A DNA stretch of 64,000 nucleotides from Phoronis australis (GCA_002633005.1 NMRA01000066.1:62001-126000); one strand, 5' to 3'. Shown: positions 14,570 through 27,985, counted from the stretch's first letter. Notes: generated by a model not told the origin, from the letters alone. Made by a program: numbers and translations.

Positions 14570-15112
14570 GCCGCCATTCACAGCTAGTGGCTGTCTTAAT
14601 TTACAGGCAAATGCTACACTCATGACAGAGAAGAGTTCACATGGTGCAATTATGTGTGTAAACACAATTTGACACGGGAACAACTTTGTAACCCATTTCT
14701 GAATAGAGCAAGTTGTGCCGATCATAAAGTTCTGCGTCAAATTTTAACCTTAACTCAAAACGTTGTTTAGGTGGAGGGATGGTCTTGATTGCTTTTGCAT
14801 AAGGCTCCCACATACAATTATTCCAGTCTTGTTAAAGTGATTATCCTACTTTACCACACACCTGTGGTTTCCTCTGCTATTATGAAGTTAAAGGTAGTGC
14901 ATGAAAACTTCCTTCAACTTTGCTAACAGTTAGGTCAGCTGGTGTCATACAGATTTGATCAAATATTTAGCTGTTCTGAGTACACTATTATTGTATGTAA
15001 TCACTGACCAACAATGCAGGACAAAATTGATACAACACAGGCTTGTGTCAAATCCAGTGATTATTTCTATGATACATGTGATACTTTCACCATAGCCATT
15101 CTGTAGGAATTA

Positions 15113-16935
15113 CGGTAAACGTTCGGGTTAACGCCCTGGGCTGTTAAATTGGCAAACCCAAAAAATCGGGGGTGGGCGGTTAACCAGACATGGGCGCTTA
15201 AACGTGAAACTTAAAAAAATCCAGGGTGGGCGGTTAACCGAACATGGGCGCTTATTACGACAGGCAAGCGCCCTGGGCGGTTAATCTTACCCCGTGATCT
15301 AAGTACCCACACCACACACGTAGGCCTACTCGGAACGCGTAGCACTTTTCAAAGAGCGTTATCGTCACGTCGCCACATGAGGGGAAAAATGTCATAACAG
15401 CGGATGATCCTAACATAGGTTATCATGCCCTCAGATTAGTTATTCACTATTAAATTTACAGAATTGCTGAGTAATAGCCCCGTGCCGTCCTGCGGTCTTG
15501 TTATTTAGCCCTGTAGAGCGCAGACGACCAGTGACCACGCAGCCTCTACTTGGATTGCAACTATTTCATCTTGCTAAAGTGCGCGCGTGCAAGCTTCACG
15601 TGTTGCAGAAGTCACAGCAGACATCAAATTTATGGTTACAGTATCGTACTAGCTGCCAAGTTCATAGTCAAGAGAGCAGTTTTAAAATTGGTTGTAATAA
15701 AAGTTTGAAAACCTTAATTCAGATGTTTTTTGTGTTTGGGATGTTTATAGTCAACACTCCTTGACTCAATGATATTTTCAGCGTATGGTTCTGTGGCTTG
15801 CTGTTTTATCTCGACTGCCCGGCATTGCTCACTTGCCGTCAAAGATACTATATCTATAAAATCTTTGTTGCCGTTGCGCCAAACATGCTCGGCAAAGAAG
15901 TAGGCCCAACACAAGAATCGGGGTTAAGCGGCCGTGTGCCACTCGTCAATCAAGAATAAAATTTCGAGCCATGGCATAAATATGTGATAAAACGCTACAA
16001 AACAGCGATGTTTCAATTCGTAAACGATCACCTTACCAAACTTCGTGGTGGAAAAGCATTTATTTTTCATGCAAGATGTCCAGATTATCCTATTTATATC
16101 ACTTGCAATATCGCACTGCGGCACTGTTCGGTCCCATTGTTAGCGCGCAATGTCTCAGTCGGCTGAAAAACGTGACTTGGAAATGCCGTCAAGTAATATA
16201 ACGGCCTCTTTCATAATATGCATCTCGTTTTTTATGGCCAAAGATAGCGGCGGGATTCAGGACGCGCGTAGGGACTAGTCGTGCGAGTCACCTGTCAATC
16301 ACATGTTGGTGTCAAGGTAACATGCAGTCCAAAGTGTGGGAACTTGCATGCGTGCACCACTACAAAGTCACACATCAAAAGAGAATAGCAACAGTCCTAA
16401 GTAACAGAAACGGGCGTGACTATATACTTTTAATCATTGTCTCATTTCTCTGGCCTGATTTTTTTGAATAGATGTTTTATCAAGTGCACTGCAGACGAAA
16501 ACTCAGCGCGGCAGACAAAGCCACTGAAAGCGGAGGTTTTGACGCCTGCGGTGTTCTTAAACTTTGCAAACATGGGAAGAAAATAAATTGACAAAAACGT
16601 TCAAGTATTATATTTTGAAGTGAGTCCATGACCCAAGACAATAACTCGTTACTTGTATAATTGCAATTCACATTGCTAAACCACCGTCTCGGAGGCCCGG
16701 CGTCGTTTCGCTCATTGTGATCATCGATCTTTTTCTAAAAGTCGGGGAATCGCGCGTTTCCTTAACACTGGGCGCTAAATCTTCATTCTTTAAAAGTCGG
16801 GATGGGCGCTTAACTGGAAATCTTCAAAAATCGCAGGGGGGCGCTTTACCGAGCAGTGGGCGGTTAAATCGAAAATCACCTAAAGTTGGGGGTGGGCGGT
16901 TAACTGACCATGGGCGTTAACCCGAACGTTTACGG
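15113..16935. mobile_element. Non-autonomous Tc1/mariner-superfamily (Tc2/pogo-like) DNA transposon, copy 1
   Basis: 24-bp TIR c(g/c)gtaaacgttcgggttaacgccc with 1 mismatch, TA target duplication on both sides, and subterminal gggcggttaa/gggcgctta repeats. No intact transposase ORF. Confidence 0.88.
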
Positions 16936-17258
16936 TAATAAGCGTGAATAGTTGCATGGAACTAAAGCTCTTGAATCATTTGTTTACAAAAGAAATAGGA
17001 CAGTCTTGAGAAACGGCTCCGCTGGGGCATCACACTGTATGGCTTGAGGATTATTGGCAGGATTTTCATTTTAATTTCAGAGTATCCCTGAAGTCATATT
17101 ATTGGAAGGTGTTCGAAAATACATGCATTTCGGTACCTAGTTCATCAAATTCAACCATATGTTTCAAATTTAGAGCCTTTTAGCCCACCGATTCATAACA
17201 CTCAGTTCCACACAACAAAATGGTGACCCTGCTATATGTATATGTATATGTATATATA

Positions 17259-19544
17259 CCGTAATCGTTCGGGTTAACGCCCTGGGCGGTTAAATTGGCG
17301 AATCCAAAAAATCGAGGGCGGTTAACCGAGCAGTGGGCGGTTAAATCGAAAATCCACCTAAAGTAGGGGATGGGCGGTTAACCGAACATGGGCGCTTATT
17401 ACGACAGACAACCGCCCTGGGCGGTTAATCTTACCTGGCGATCTAAATCCCGACACGACAATCATACTCGGAACGCGTAGCCCTTTACAAAGAGCTTTAT
17501 CGTCACGTCGCCAAATGAGTGTGAAAACGTCATAACAGCGGATGATCCCAACAAAGGTTCTCTTGCCCTCAGATTAGTCATTCACAAAATTGCTGAGTAA
17601 TAGCCCCGTGCCGTCCTGCGGTGCGCAGACGACCAGTCACCACACAGCCTCCACTGTTTCAAGGTGTGACCCTGCTTAAGTGCACGCGACTGCAAGCTTC
17701 ACGTGTTGCAGAGGTCAGACATCAAATTTATGGTTACAGTCTCGTACTATATGTAGCTGTCAAGTCAGAGAGCAGTTTTAAAATTGGTTATGAAAGTTTG
17801 AAAAACTTAACTCTGCTGTTTTTTGTGTTTGGGATGTTATAGTCGACATTCCATGACTCAATGACATTTTCAGCGTATGGTTCTGTGGCTAGCTGTCTTA
17901 TCTCGACAGCCCGGCATTGCTCTCTTGCCGTTGCGCCAAACATGCTATGCAAAGACGTAAGACAAGGATCGGGGGTGGTCGAGCCATTCATCGACCAAGA
18001 ATAAAATTTCAAGCAACTGCATAAATATGTTACAAAATGTCAGAAAACAGCAATGTTTCAATTCATTATTCTCAACGATGACCTCAGTTACCAAACTTCG
18101 TGGTGGAAAAACATTTATTTTTCATGCAAGATGTCCAGATTATCCTATTTCTGATATCACTTGTAATATCGCACTGCGGCACTGTTCGGTCCCGCTGTTA
18201 TCGCGCAATGTCTCAGTCGGCTGACAATCGTGACTTGGAAATGCCGTCAAGTAATATAACGGCCTCTTTCAATATGCATCTCGTTTTTTATCGCCAAAGA
18301 TAGTGGCGGTATTCAGCANTTTGTGTTTGGGATGTTTATGGTCAACACTCCTTGACTCAATGATATTTTCAGTGTATGGTTCTGTGGCTTGCTGTTTTAT
18401 CTCGACTGCCCGGCATTGCTCACTTGCCGTCAAAGATACTATATCTATAAAATCTTTGTTGCCGTTGCGCCAAACATGCTCGGCAAAGAAGTAGGCCCAA
18501 CACAAGAATCGGGGTTAAGCGGCCGTGTGCCACTCGTCAATCAAGAATAAAATTTCGAGCCATGGCATAAATATGTGATAAAACGCTACAAAACACCGAT
18601 GTTTCAATTCATAAACGATCACCTCACCAAACTTCATGGTGGAAAAACATTTATTTTTCATGCAAGATGTCCAGATTATCCTATTTATATCACTTGCAAT
18701 ATGGCACTGCGGCACTGTTCAGTCCCATTGTTAGAGGGCAATGTCTCAGTCGGCTGAAAAACGTGACTTGGAAATGCCGTCAAGTAATATAACGGCCTCT
18801 TTCATAATATGCATCTCGTTTTTTATGGCCAAAGATAGCGGCGGGATTCAGCACGCGCGTAGGGACTACGTGCGAGTCACCTGTCAATCACATGTTGGTG
18901 TCAAGGTAACATGCAGTCCAAAGTGTGGGAACTTGCGTGCGTGCACCACTACAAAGTCACACATCAAAAGAGAATAGCGACAGTCCTAAGTAACAGAAAC
19001 GGGCGTGACTATATACTTTTAATCATTGTCTCATTTCTCTGGCCTGATTTTTTTGAATATATGTTTTATCAAGTGCACTGCAGACGAAAACTCAGCGCGG
19101 CAGACAAAGCCACTGAAAGCGGAGGTTTTGACGCCTGCGGCGTTCTTAAACTTTGCAAACATGGGAAGAAAATAAATTGACAAAAACGTTCAAGTATTAT
19201 ATTTTGAAGTGAGTCCATGACCCAAGACTATAACTCGTTACTTGTATAATTGCAATTCACATTGCTAAACCACCGTCTCGGAGGCCCGGCGTCGTTTCGC
19301 TCATTGTGATCATCGCTCTTTTTCTAAAAGTCGGGGAATCGTGCGTTTCCTTAGCACTAGGCGCTTAATCTTCTTTCTTTAAAAGTCGGGGATGGGCGCT
19401 TAACCGAGAGGTGGGCACTTAACTGGAAATCTTCAAAAATTGCGGGGGGCGCTTAACCGAGCAGTGGGCGGTTAAATCGAAAATCCACTTAAAGTCGGGG
19501 ATGGGCGGTTAACTGAGCATGGGCGTTAACCCGAACGATTACGG
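17259..19544. mobile_element. Tc2/pogo-like non-autonomous transposon, copy 2 (assembly join at n 18319)
   Basis: Perfect 24-bp TIR CCGTAATCGTTCGGGTTAACGCCC with TA flanks, inserted at a (TATATG)n tract. About 500 bp of internal sequence is represented twice, once on each side of the n. Confidence 0.88.
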
Positions 19545-19560
19545 TATACATAAATCGGGT

Positions 19561-19664
19561 AATGGTCTGATATAACGTGCCTGAATTTTGAGAACCAGTT
19601 TTCTCCACTGAATAACGGGCATCAAACTGGTTCTCAAAATATGGGCACATTAAATCAGACTATT
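19561..19664. mobile_element. Palindromic MITE family B copy 2
   Basis: Close match to 14465-14569. A related hairpin gggaaccagtttcgctgaataa...ttattcagtgaaaactggttccc lies at about 19738-19788. Confidence 0.8.
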
Positions 19665-21335
19665 GCCAAAAGTCGTGATAGTCAATCTCTTTCCCGGTAA
19701 AAGTAGAGTACATGGGTCCCTCTTCAAAATAGTCACTGGGAACCAGTTTCGCTGAATAACAGACATTATTCAGTGAAAACTGGTTCCCGGTAGCCATTTT
19801 GAAGAAGGACCCATTCACTTCATTTGCACCTCTTTCCCTATATCTATGATATAGAGAAAGCTGGGGCATAGTTGGTTATCTAAATCCCTTTATATTACTC
19901 AGGAAGTAGCTGTTTTTAATTCTTCATCAAAACTAGTTTAAGCAGCAGTAAACCACATCTTAAATCAAGGGACTATAACATATTGTTTGAAGCTCTATGT
20001 AGCGCGATCATTGGAAGCCGTGTTTTTGGTTTGTATTTTGGGGTGGAACCCTATTTTGACTGGGCCAGTTAGTGTTCTCCTAATTACTGTCATGTGATTA
20101 AAACCAGGGGTCGACTGGAGTTCACTGCTAAGTGTTCTAAAGTTAGGCAGTTAGGGATTTAGTCCAGATTTTGGCTTGTTGTAATTAATGCTGTGTTGGT
20201 CTTTAAACATACTGGTATACAGCAATTGTTTTGAATATCCTGGTTGTGCAAACTTTGCTTTGTGGCTCTGACCTTAATGTTATTTGATTGACATCTTTAA
20301 TTACTCTACTGTGAGTTATGACTTCAATCACTGTTGCTTTTATGTGGGCTCAGTGCATTTGCCATTATTCAGTTGCTTGGTTTGTTGAGGTCAGTCCATA
20401 GGACACTGTGCAAGTTGGTTTGATTTCTTTACAGACTGCCGAGTGATAGAGGGTGGCAAGTCAAAGTTACATTTAACGAAACGTTTTTGTCACAAAAGTT
20501 CATTATTAGGCAGAGTTTCCGGAATGCTGTATCGCCCTCTCTGATTCTGCGATAATTACCCAGAATGCTGAGTGTCCTCATGGGGCACTTGGCCCACAGT
20601 TGTGCTTGTGTTTATTGCTGTTATGTGTTGTCATTCAGGGAGCTTCAGTGCAGAATTTGATATAAAAATTGAAAAGCTGAGTGAGACATATCATTCTTCA
20701 CAATTAGTGTGTTTCTGCCTCTCCAATAGAGGAGAGTTGAATCCTTATTATCGAGCATTCTCTTCACTTGTCCAGGTTGTGCTTTGGGCTGGATTTTTAA
20801 TTGGCGTCAGCCTCCTCTTATACCAATTATGTGCGAGCGAGAGAGACCCCACTCAAGAAGGTTAGCGTATGGTTGATTTGAAATGATTGCAGTCGCAGAA
20901 ATTATGAACCCTCCATAGTATCTACTAGTACATTTATCTGTGATTTGAAATGATCGAAATGCGTATTGCAGAAACCACTTGAAATCGCATCCTTAATTTT
21001 GAGAGTACTAAACAGTGCTTGAAGGATTGACTGGGGAATTATCTCGCCATCAAATCGATATCGCCGTTTTTGTTTTCCACAGCTCACGGTGAAGCCTTTG
21101 TCACGGCTGTTTTTCATTTCCTGAATGCTGTAGCAAGTGTAAGCTAGGTATATTGATTCCAGCAAATTACTGTAGCTGAGAACATTAATATGTTCAAGCT
21201 TGATAGCAACATGGCATAATTATGGGGCCTTGCCTCAAATTAACTACATGTCCTTCTCCAGATAGACACCTTGTTGCACGATATTGACTATATAAGCAGC
21301 AGCAACATGCTAGCGTGTCATTCCTGTTATCAAGT

Positions 21336-21408
21336 TAGTGCATGCATACTGAGTCGTTAGTGCATGCATACTGAGTCGTTAGTGTATGCATACATACTGA
21401 GTTGTTAG
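21336..21408. repeat. 21-bp tandem repeat x~3
   Basis: tagtgcatgcatactgagtcgt repeated, third copy degenerate. Confidence 0.8.
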
Positions 21409-22000
21409 CCTTATCTGCACCCCAGTTAGTTTTTAATGCTACATGTCGCCCTGAATATCAAAATATTATTGTCAGAAATTCGGTCTCGTTGTATTCCTTA
21501 CCCTATAGGATTCTATTCCTGATGCCAACAATAGCCTCGAAACCACCACCAGCTCAAGAAATTTCTTTCAGGATGTATTGGGGTTGCCTAACCCAAAAAT
21601 TACGGACACAAAAATGGCACATGTGCGTGTTGCCTATGACTTTTTGCCTGTGACTTGAAGTGGCGACTCATCTCGCTATAATTCAAGATCGAATGACCGT
21701 GGGAAATGTTCTTAAACTTAGGAATTCAACATTGACAGCTAAACGGGCGAAATTCATCTTTAAGTTTTTTTTGTCCTAAGGTGACAAATTATTTATTATT
21801 ATTCAGTCATCGGAATTTTTCTGTATTCTTGTCAATGAAGACAGAATTGTCAGAACAGGTCTCACGGAGGGCAGAACTCCATGCAGCGTTGTTTCATTGA
21901 CCTGTTGGAAAAAATCAATTGCAAAATGAGAATTGATTGTGTTTTAAGTCGTGCACATGAACTCACTTTGTCAGAGGTCTTGGATCACTCATCTTTAGTA

Positions 22001-22120
22001 TGTGCCATGTGGACTTGTAATGTGCCATGTGGACTTGTAATGTGCCATGTGGACTTGTAATGTGCCATGTGGACTTGTAATGTGCCATTTAGACTTGTAA
22101 TGTGCCATGTGGACTTGTAA
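22001..22120. repeat. 20-bp minisatellite x6
   Basis: tgtgccatgtggacttgtaa repeated six times, one variant unit. Confidence 0.97.
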
Positions 22121-22145
22121 AATTTGGATCTCGCTTGAATGTTAT

Positions 22146-22474
22146 AGGGACATTACCAGTTTTATCACCAGAAACACATTTTGGGATTATTATGGACTTC
22201 TTGAAGTTATTAGCTTTTATCAGAGATATAAAACAACAAATTTCGTTTTGTTTCTGAGATTTTGTGACAGATCACTAATTCTCCCTACTGTCTTCCAGGG
22301 ATTTGGTGAAACCAAAGCTGTTAATTTCACCAGTTAAATATGCTTAAAATCTCTGTCATTTATTGATTGGGGTCTAACTCTACCAGCAGAGCTCTAGGCT
22401 GCGACGGCGAGCTTTCCAGGTTCCAGTCCACGCTGAGGCTGATTTCGTTTTTTTTTCTCGCCGACAATGTCCCT
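22146..22474. mobile_element. Possible Kolobok-like MITE
   Basis: 9-bp TIR agggacatt/aatgtccct flanked by ttat and ttaa (TTAA-like target site). Confidence 0.35.
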
Positions 22475-22515
22475 TTAATCTATTAGACTATGTCTACGTA
22501 CTTTAAGGTTTTGTA

Positions 22516-22830
22516 GGACCCTAGAAAAATGTCCAAATTTGGCAAACTTTGGAGCATCGTATCTCAGAAATGGTTGATCAAATTTATATGAAACGTTCAG
22601 ATGTCATGGTTTTTTTGCACCTTCTCTAAAATTCTGTTAGGAATTGTTTTAAAAATTTCCACTTTTACTTGAGGGGCTATCAGAAAGAAGATTTTATGAT
22701 AATTTTATAAAAAAACTCAAAAGTTGCAAAAAACGAAAACGAAATCATAATTTAGAAGGCTGTCACGGCGTTTTTTACATTTAATTTTAAATAAAATTCG
22801 CGCAAATATGTAACTATGTCTCTGTCATAA
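22516..22830 (+). repeat. Interspersed repeat family A copy 2
   Basis: gaccctagaaaaatgtccaaatttggcaaactttgg...ggggctatc...aaaactcaaaag is colinear with 11004-11360. Confidence 0.7.
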
Positions 22831-23094
22831 ATTTTTTTGTGTGTTTTCGCTTCATTGTTTGCTTTCACAGAGCGCATTTCTTGTGTGATCGACATGAAAT
22901 TTAAATACACGTGTCTCATCAGTAGCTTGAGGCCAACTGTTTTTTGTCGAGTCATTTGTGATTTTCTGATAACCGCTTTTTTATTGACTTATTCCTTGCT
23001 GCTCTTTTGTTAGATTACCAACTACTGTACAAGGCTGTTTCTTAATCATTTTTGTCACCATTCGTCATTATTCTCATCATGATCATCTTCATTG

Positions 23095-24410
23095 TTGTTT
23101 TTCATTCAATTTGTAAAAGGCTGTGGTTCTCATAATCATGCTCGTTTTTTGTCTCAGTCGTCAATTATGCTAACAGGAAAAAGATTTTTGTTTCCCTCGA
23201 AGAAATTGACTTCTGATTTTGACAACTTGGTACTGGTGTTTTTCCTCACTCAGATGTGAAATGATTTTTGGTCTTGGGAAGAACTGGCAATTGATCATTG
23301 CTCGAAACCATGCTTGTCAAAAAATGACACGCTGTGACAAATCATATTGTAGAACCTGCCTCCCATTTAGTAACGCTAGGACCTTGCTAAAAAGTAAGAC
23401 TTCACGAGATTACGTGAGATATTGCCATGTACTTCAAATGAGAACACGTGACTTTGGNNNNNNNNNNNNNNNNNNNNNNNNNNNNNNNNNNNNNNNNNNN
23501 NNNNNNNNNNNNNNNNNNNNNNNNNNNNNNNNNNNNNNNNNNNNNNNNNNNNNNNNNNNNNNNNNNNNNNNNNNNNNNNNNNNNNNNNNNNNNNNNNNNN
23601 NNNNNNNNNNNNNNNNNNNNNNNNNNNNNNNNNNNNNNNNNNNNNNNNNNNNNNNNNNNNNNNNNNNNNNNNNNNNNNNNNNNNNNNNNNNNNNNNNNNN
23701 NNNNNNNNNNNNNNNNNNNNNNNNNNNNNNNNNNNNNNNNNNNNNNNNNNNNNNNNNNNAGTAGAAATTTGTTTCTGGCATTCTAATGCTGTGCTAATCT
23801 CGTATGTTGGTAAATTTGTTTTTAATTCTATGTTTCTGTGGTGCTTTAAGCAACTGGTGTATAGGATGTGCTTGTATTATGAAGATTACTCACATTTTGC
23901 CCCTAGCCTATTGAGGAGACAATGACCATGCCTTTCCATTTTGCAAAGTATGCCCTCTACTGGCCACTTTATGGTACCAATAAACAAAACTAGAAGGATA
24001 CCGTATGCGGTGCAATTGTGGGCGCATTTCAACGCTCCGCGTTGCTCTTGTTTTTCATTCAATTTGTAAAAGGCTGTGGTTCTCATAATCATGCTCGTTT
24101 TTTGTCTCAGTCGTCAATTATGCTAACAGGAAAAAGATTTTTGTTTCCCTCGAAGAAATTGACTTCTGATTTTGACAACTTGGTACTGGTGTTTTTCCTC
24201 ACTCAGATGTGAAATGATTTTTGGTCTTGGGAAGAACTGGCAATTGATCATTGCTCGAAACCATGCTTGTCAAAAAATGACAAGCTGTGACAAATCATAT
24301 TGTAGAACCTGCCTCCCATTTAGTAACGCTAGGACCTTGCTAAAAAGTAAGACTTCACGAGATTACGTGAGATATTGCCATGTACTTCAAATGAGAACAC
24401 GTGACTTTGG
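23095..24410. other. Assembly gap (302 N, 23458-23759) with ~363-bp near-identical duplicated flank (23095-23457 = 24048-24410)
   Basis: The copies are offset by 953 bp. I see one difference (gacacgctg vs gacaagctg), and the first copy ends exactly at the gap. Confidence 0.9.
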
Positions 24411-24462
24411 TTAGGTTTTAGCTAGGTTCTAGCGTAGGTCTTAGCGTTACTGAACGCACGCC
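24311..24462. mobile_element. Short MITE (Harbinger-like)
   Basis: Inverted arms tagtaacgctaggacct ... aggtcttagcgttactg. Confidence 0.55.
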
Positions 24463-26409
24463 TCGTCTCGAGAAATACTGAACTGTCAGTTCTTTGTAAG
24501 ACCATAAATCACAATGTTTTGACTATGGGACAATTTCTCTTTCATAAGCATAATTGCTGGTCAATATGAAAAGTTTTTTGTGACGCCGCATTATATATAG
24601 ACGATATGCGCTTCAATTTTTTTGTCAGGTGAATGTTATTGCACTTAATATTTGAAAAAATTAATTTATGTTTTTATCTGTGGATGATCAACATTACCAT
24701 AATCATAATTCTGACTTGCTAACAGGAATGGCAAGATCGAGATAAATTCAATATTGCTTCTGCTGTTGGAAAATATGTTCTGGAGAGGATTCCAAATAAC
24801 GACAAACTCTGAGTAATGTCGACACATGGTCATTAATTGTAAAAAGTTAATTTGTGAACTGAAGGAGTGCAGACGTGCCGAACAGCACGGCTAATGCTCT
24901 TATGAAGACAGTTCCTCAAATTTAAGCACAACTGACAGACCTATGAACTCATGCCTGGAGGTGCAAAATACGGCTATCGCACTCAAAAAGCCCGGCTCCT
25001 GGACTCGCATCCACGGAAGAAACACGACTCTTTGATCGAAAACATGGCATCTAGACAAAATCCGCCCTTTCACAGTGCCATCAGTCACACAGAAGTTCGA
25101 AATTACGTGCTATCTACCACACATTTTGCTTTAACTTAAAATCATTTTGTGTTATAATTTTCATGTAAAGACATAATCAATGTTGATAAAATTTTGTTGT
25201 TTTTTATTTTTTAAAATATTAAAAAAAATTTTGTTGAAATAAATTCTAGATGCTGTCGAGAGGATTCATTCATACTCTCTTGTGGGAAAGAAGTGGGTGA
25301 TCAGTGAGGGGGTGACCCATGTTTGTAGGTATTCCAGAGGTTGTGCTGTGTTTCTAATGGAGGCCAGTGCAATTCTGTTAGGGTTCAGGAACTGTGTTTT
25401 CTTTGTTTATGGGTTTGTTAGTGATTTGTGTTCATGTTGTTCTACAAGCCTAGACCAGGGAAATTTTCTACTAGCAGTTGGTAACTTTGGCCAACCTAAT
25501 GCAGCAAAAACTACTCCACCCTGTCCCATCCTAACATAAATCTGTTCTTTAGAACTTATTGTAGAGAAATATCCTCTTGAGCCATCTGCGCATCATGCAT
25601 AAACCTGCAAGCTGTCCATTTGCAAATGTTGCTGCAAAGTACTCTAACTTTGAAGTTATTTGTCTTGATTAAACAGTTGCGTTTTCAAGAAATGTGATTT
25701 TCTCTGCAATCCCACTGAAGTTAGTTTCTGTTTGTATTTCATACTCGGTGAACCTGTACTCGCTAATAAGACAGATGGAGTATGACATTATGTCCTGTGC
25801 ACGTGAACTGTACTCATTTAGAATGCACCAAGTAAATTTGGCCTTGTGGCTGAAATCATGATTGACTTTCTAGATACGTAATCAAACGTGTGCTTGACTC
25901 TGATTGGCTGTTGGTGGCGATGGTCTAATTATGCTCTAATGTTGCTTACTTAGTGGTTGTGTTCCCAGCATCGTGGTGGTAGCGATTTAATCAGAAACAA
26001 GTTTGTCTTGGGTTTTCTGTCTGATTCTTTGAAATTGTTCATACGCAGTGGTCACTGGTCACTGACCGGCTGATTTTTGACACATTCTCTCAAAATTTGT
26101 TCAGTCTTGGAAAATTGTGGTGTTGGTAAAGTACCGGGTAGTTTTAATTATTCCGACGCGAGTAAGCTTGTTGAGATTTGATCAAGAGAAAATGAAGCAT
26201 TTTTGTGCCCACAACATAGCACACTCTGTGTCGGTGTTTTTTCATTGATATCAACATTCTAGACATACCAGGGTTGTATAATTTGTAGAATGGGCTTAGC
26301 TCACGAAATTTTCACTTTCTTTTAAGGCTGGCTGTTAAGATCATCATAATCGAGAGTAAGTGTTTGAAATATTAAAGTGTTATTTCTTTATTGCATTGAA
26401 GTTACTTTA

Positions 26410-26580
26410 AAACCACCTTGTAATATACATCCCAGTACAGGTGTTGCCACTCCTCCAGTGTCATGATGATGGGCTTCCAATACGTTGTTATGCAAGCTGC
26501 CTGAACAACATGACTTGTGCTCTCATGAATACCGCTCACGCACCTGTAAGCTCTGCTGTCTGACTCGCAAATACAGCCCG
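26410..26580 (-). mobile_element. Possible fossil of a restriction-like-endonuclease non-LTR retrotransposon (C-terminal CCHC/RHD region)
   Basis: Minus frames give RC...HESTSHVVQAAC, then HHD..VA and LYWD across frameshifts, resembling CRxCxxxxETxxHIxxxC...RHDxVAxxLHW. Highly decayed. Confidence 0.3.
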
Positions 26581-27499
26581 ACACTAAAATCGTGGCTTAC
26601 GAAACCTAAAAACACTGCTTACACACCCCAAAACATGGTTTCTGCACTGACAAGCATGGCTAGCTAACATGCATGACTACTCGAAGAGTCCATGAACTGT
26701 GCTTGGCAAGTGCCAGAGCTGTGTTGCAGTTGCAGTCCAGGAAAGTAAGAGGGGGTTTTGTGAGTGCGGGCTGTGTTTTGAGTCCTGAGCCTTGTTCTTG
26801 ATTGCAGAGCTGTGCTCATGTATGCATGAGCCGTGTAGCCTGATATGAACATGTTCTGTTTACTGCTTGTGTGCCGAGGGATTTTCTTCTGATCAGTTCT
26901 GTTCAGCTGATCCGCGACAAGTTGGCTGCGAGTATTTGTTGGTTTGGTCATCCATCAAAGCTTCTTTGTTAACTAGTAATTCACAGTGCTACGTAAATCT
27001 GACAAATTATTATTGTTGGTTTTAAGTTTGGAATTTTGATTTTACCTACTTAACGTCAAAATTAGGTCATGTTAAACAAGAGGGTAGACACTTTTATTGT
27101 CTTATGCTTTGGACTGAGGCTGAACTGTAGATAGGATCGCATAATGTGATTCACCCAGTTGAGATAATGATGATTTGTGCTGCCAGGCAATTTATTAAAC
27201 CATTAGCCCTGTTTTTGCCATTTGTTGTTACTGTCGCATCTCATTGTCCATGTCCAATGTCTGTGTTAACCTGGAATTTCCCAGTGTTAACCTCTAGGAA
27301 TTTCTCATGTGGTATCACGGTAATGGTAAAAGTCCTTAATTTCATGCATTGGAAATCAATCATTTTCATATGAATCTGGCAGTAGTTATGAAATTCAACT
27401 AATGAGATCATTTAGTCATAAATGTAAATTGACAGTGTTAATGTAAAAAATATGGAAAAAGTGCCCAAAACTTTGAAAATAATATCTCCTGTGTCCCAG

Positions 27500-27985
27500 C
27501 AGGCCTTTATCCAGGATTTTGAAAATAGGGTGTACAAAATGGGGTTCGCAATATTCCAGGGCGTCCATGATTCCGACGCGTAACCCCCCACCCCCAGCAA
27601 TACTCCCAAACACACAGATTTTTTTACAAAAAATGCTTAGATCAAGGTTTTTACATCTTAGTTTATAAAACAGCCTTCTATGGTGAGCATTTTTACTAAA
27701 AAAAACTGTGTAGACCAAGACTTTTAGAATGCTGTCAATCAAGTGTCAAAATAGCAACAATGAATATACTTTGTATATTCATTACTTTGTATATTCATAT
27801 ATATATTTCTGCCTGCTTTGAAAAAAGAGCCCCCACTTTGAGCCTTCAGAGGCCTCCTAATATTCATTACAATGTGACTCCAAACTTGAAAGGTTTCTAC
27901 TGACATTGGGCATCCAAATGATACATTGGGCGTCCTTGCCAGGGCGTCCAGATTAGTGCCAGGACGTACACGGCATAAAGGCCTG
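27500..27985. mobile_element. hAT-family MITE
   Basis: 11-bp TIR CAGGCCTTTAT/ATAAAGGCCTG and 8-bp target duplication TGTCCCAG / TGTCCAAG (7 of 8 match). Confidence 0.85.

Noticed and set aside
15498-19180. Duplicated short ORFs as a transposase or gene family
   Set aside because: They are internal sequence of the two transposon copies. No HTH/DDE motifs are recognisable; a weak AVLKLVVIKV resemblance near 15675 is followed by a stop.
20572-20865. 97-aa ORF with signal-peptide/TM-like stretches
   Set aside because: GTG start, no recognisable family and no convincing splice sites; T-rich sequence readily gives hydrophobic translations.
23219-23786. Longest ORFs in the track (181, 115, 112 aa)
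   Set aside because: Artefacts of reading through the N gap.
25600-25645. CKCCCK|gtac as the end of FAM155 exon 1
   Set aside because: No upstream open frame carrying the expected YDC/YSV-type motifs, and the donor is weak.
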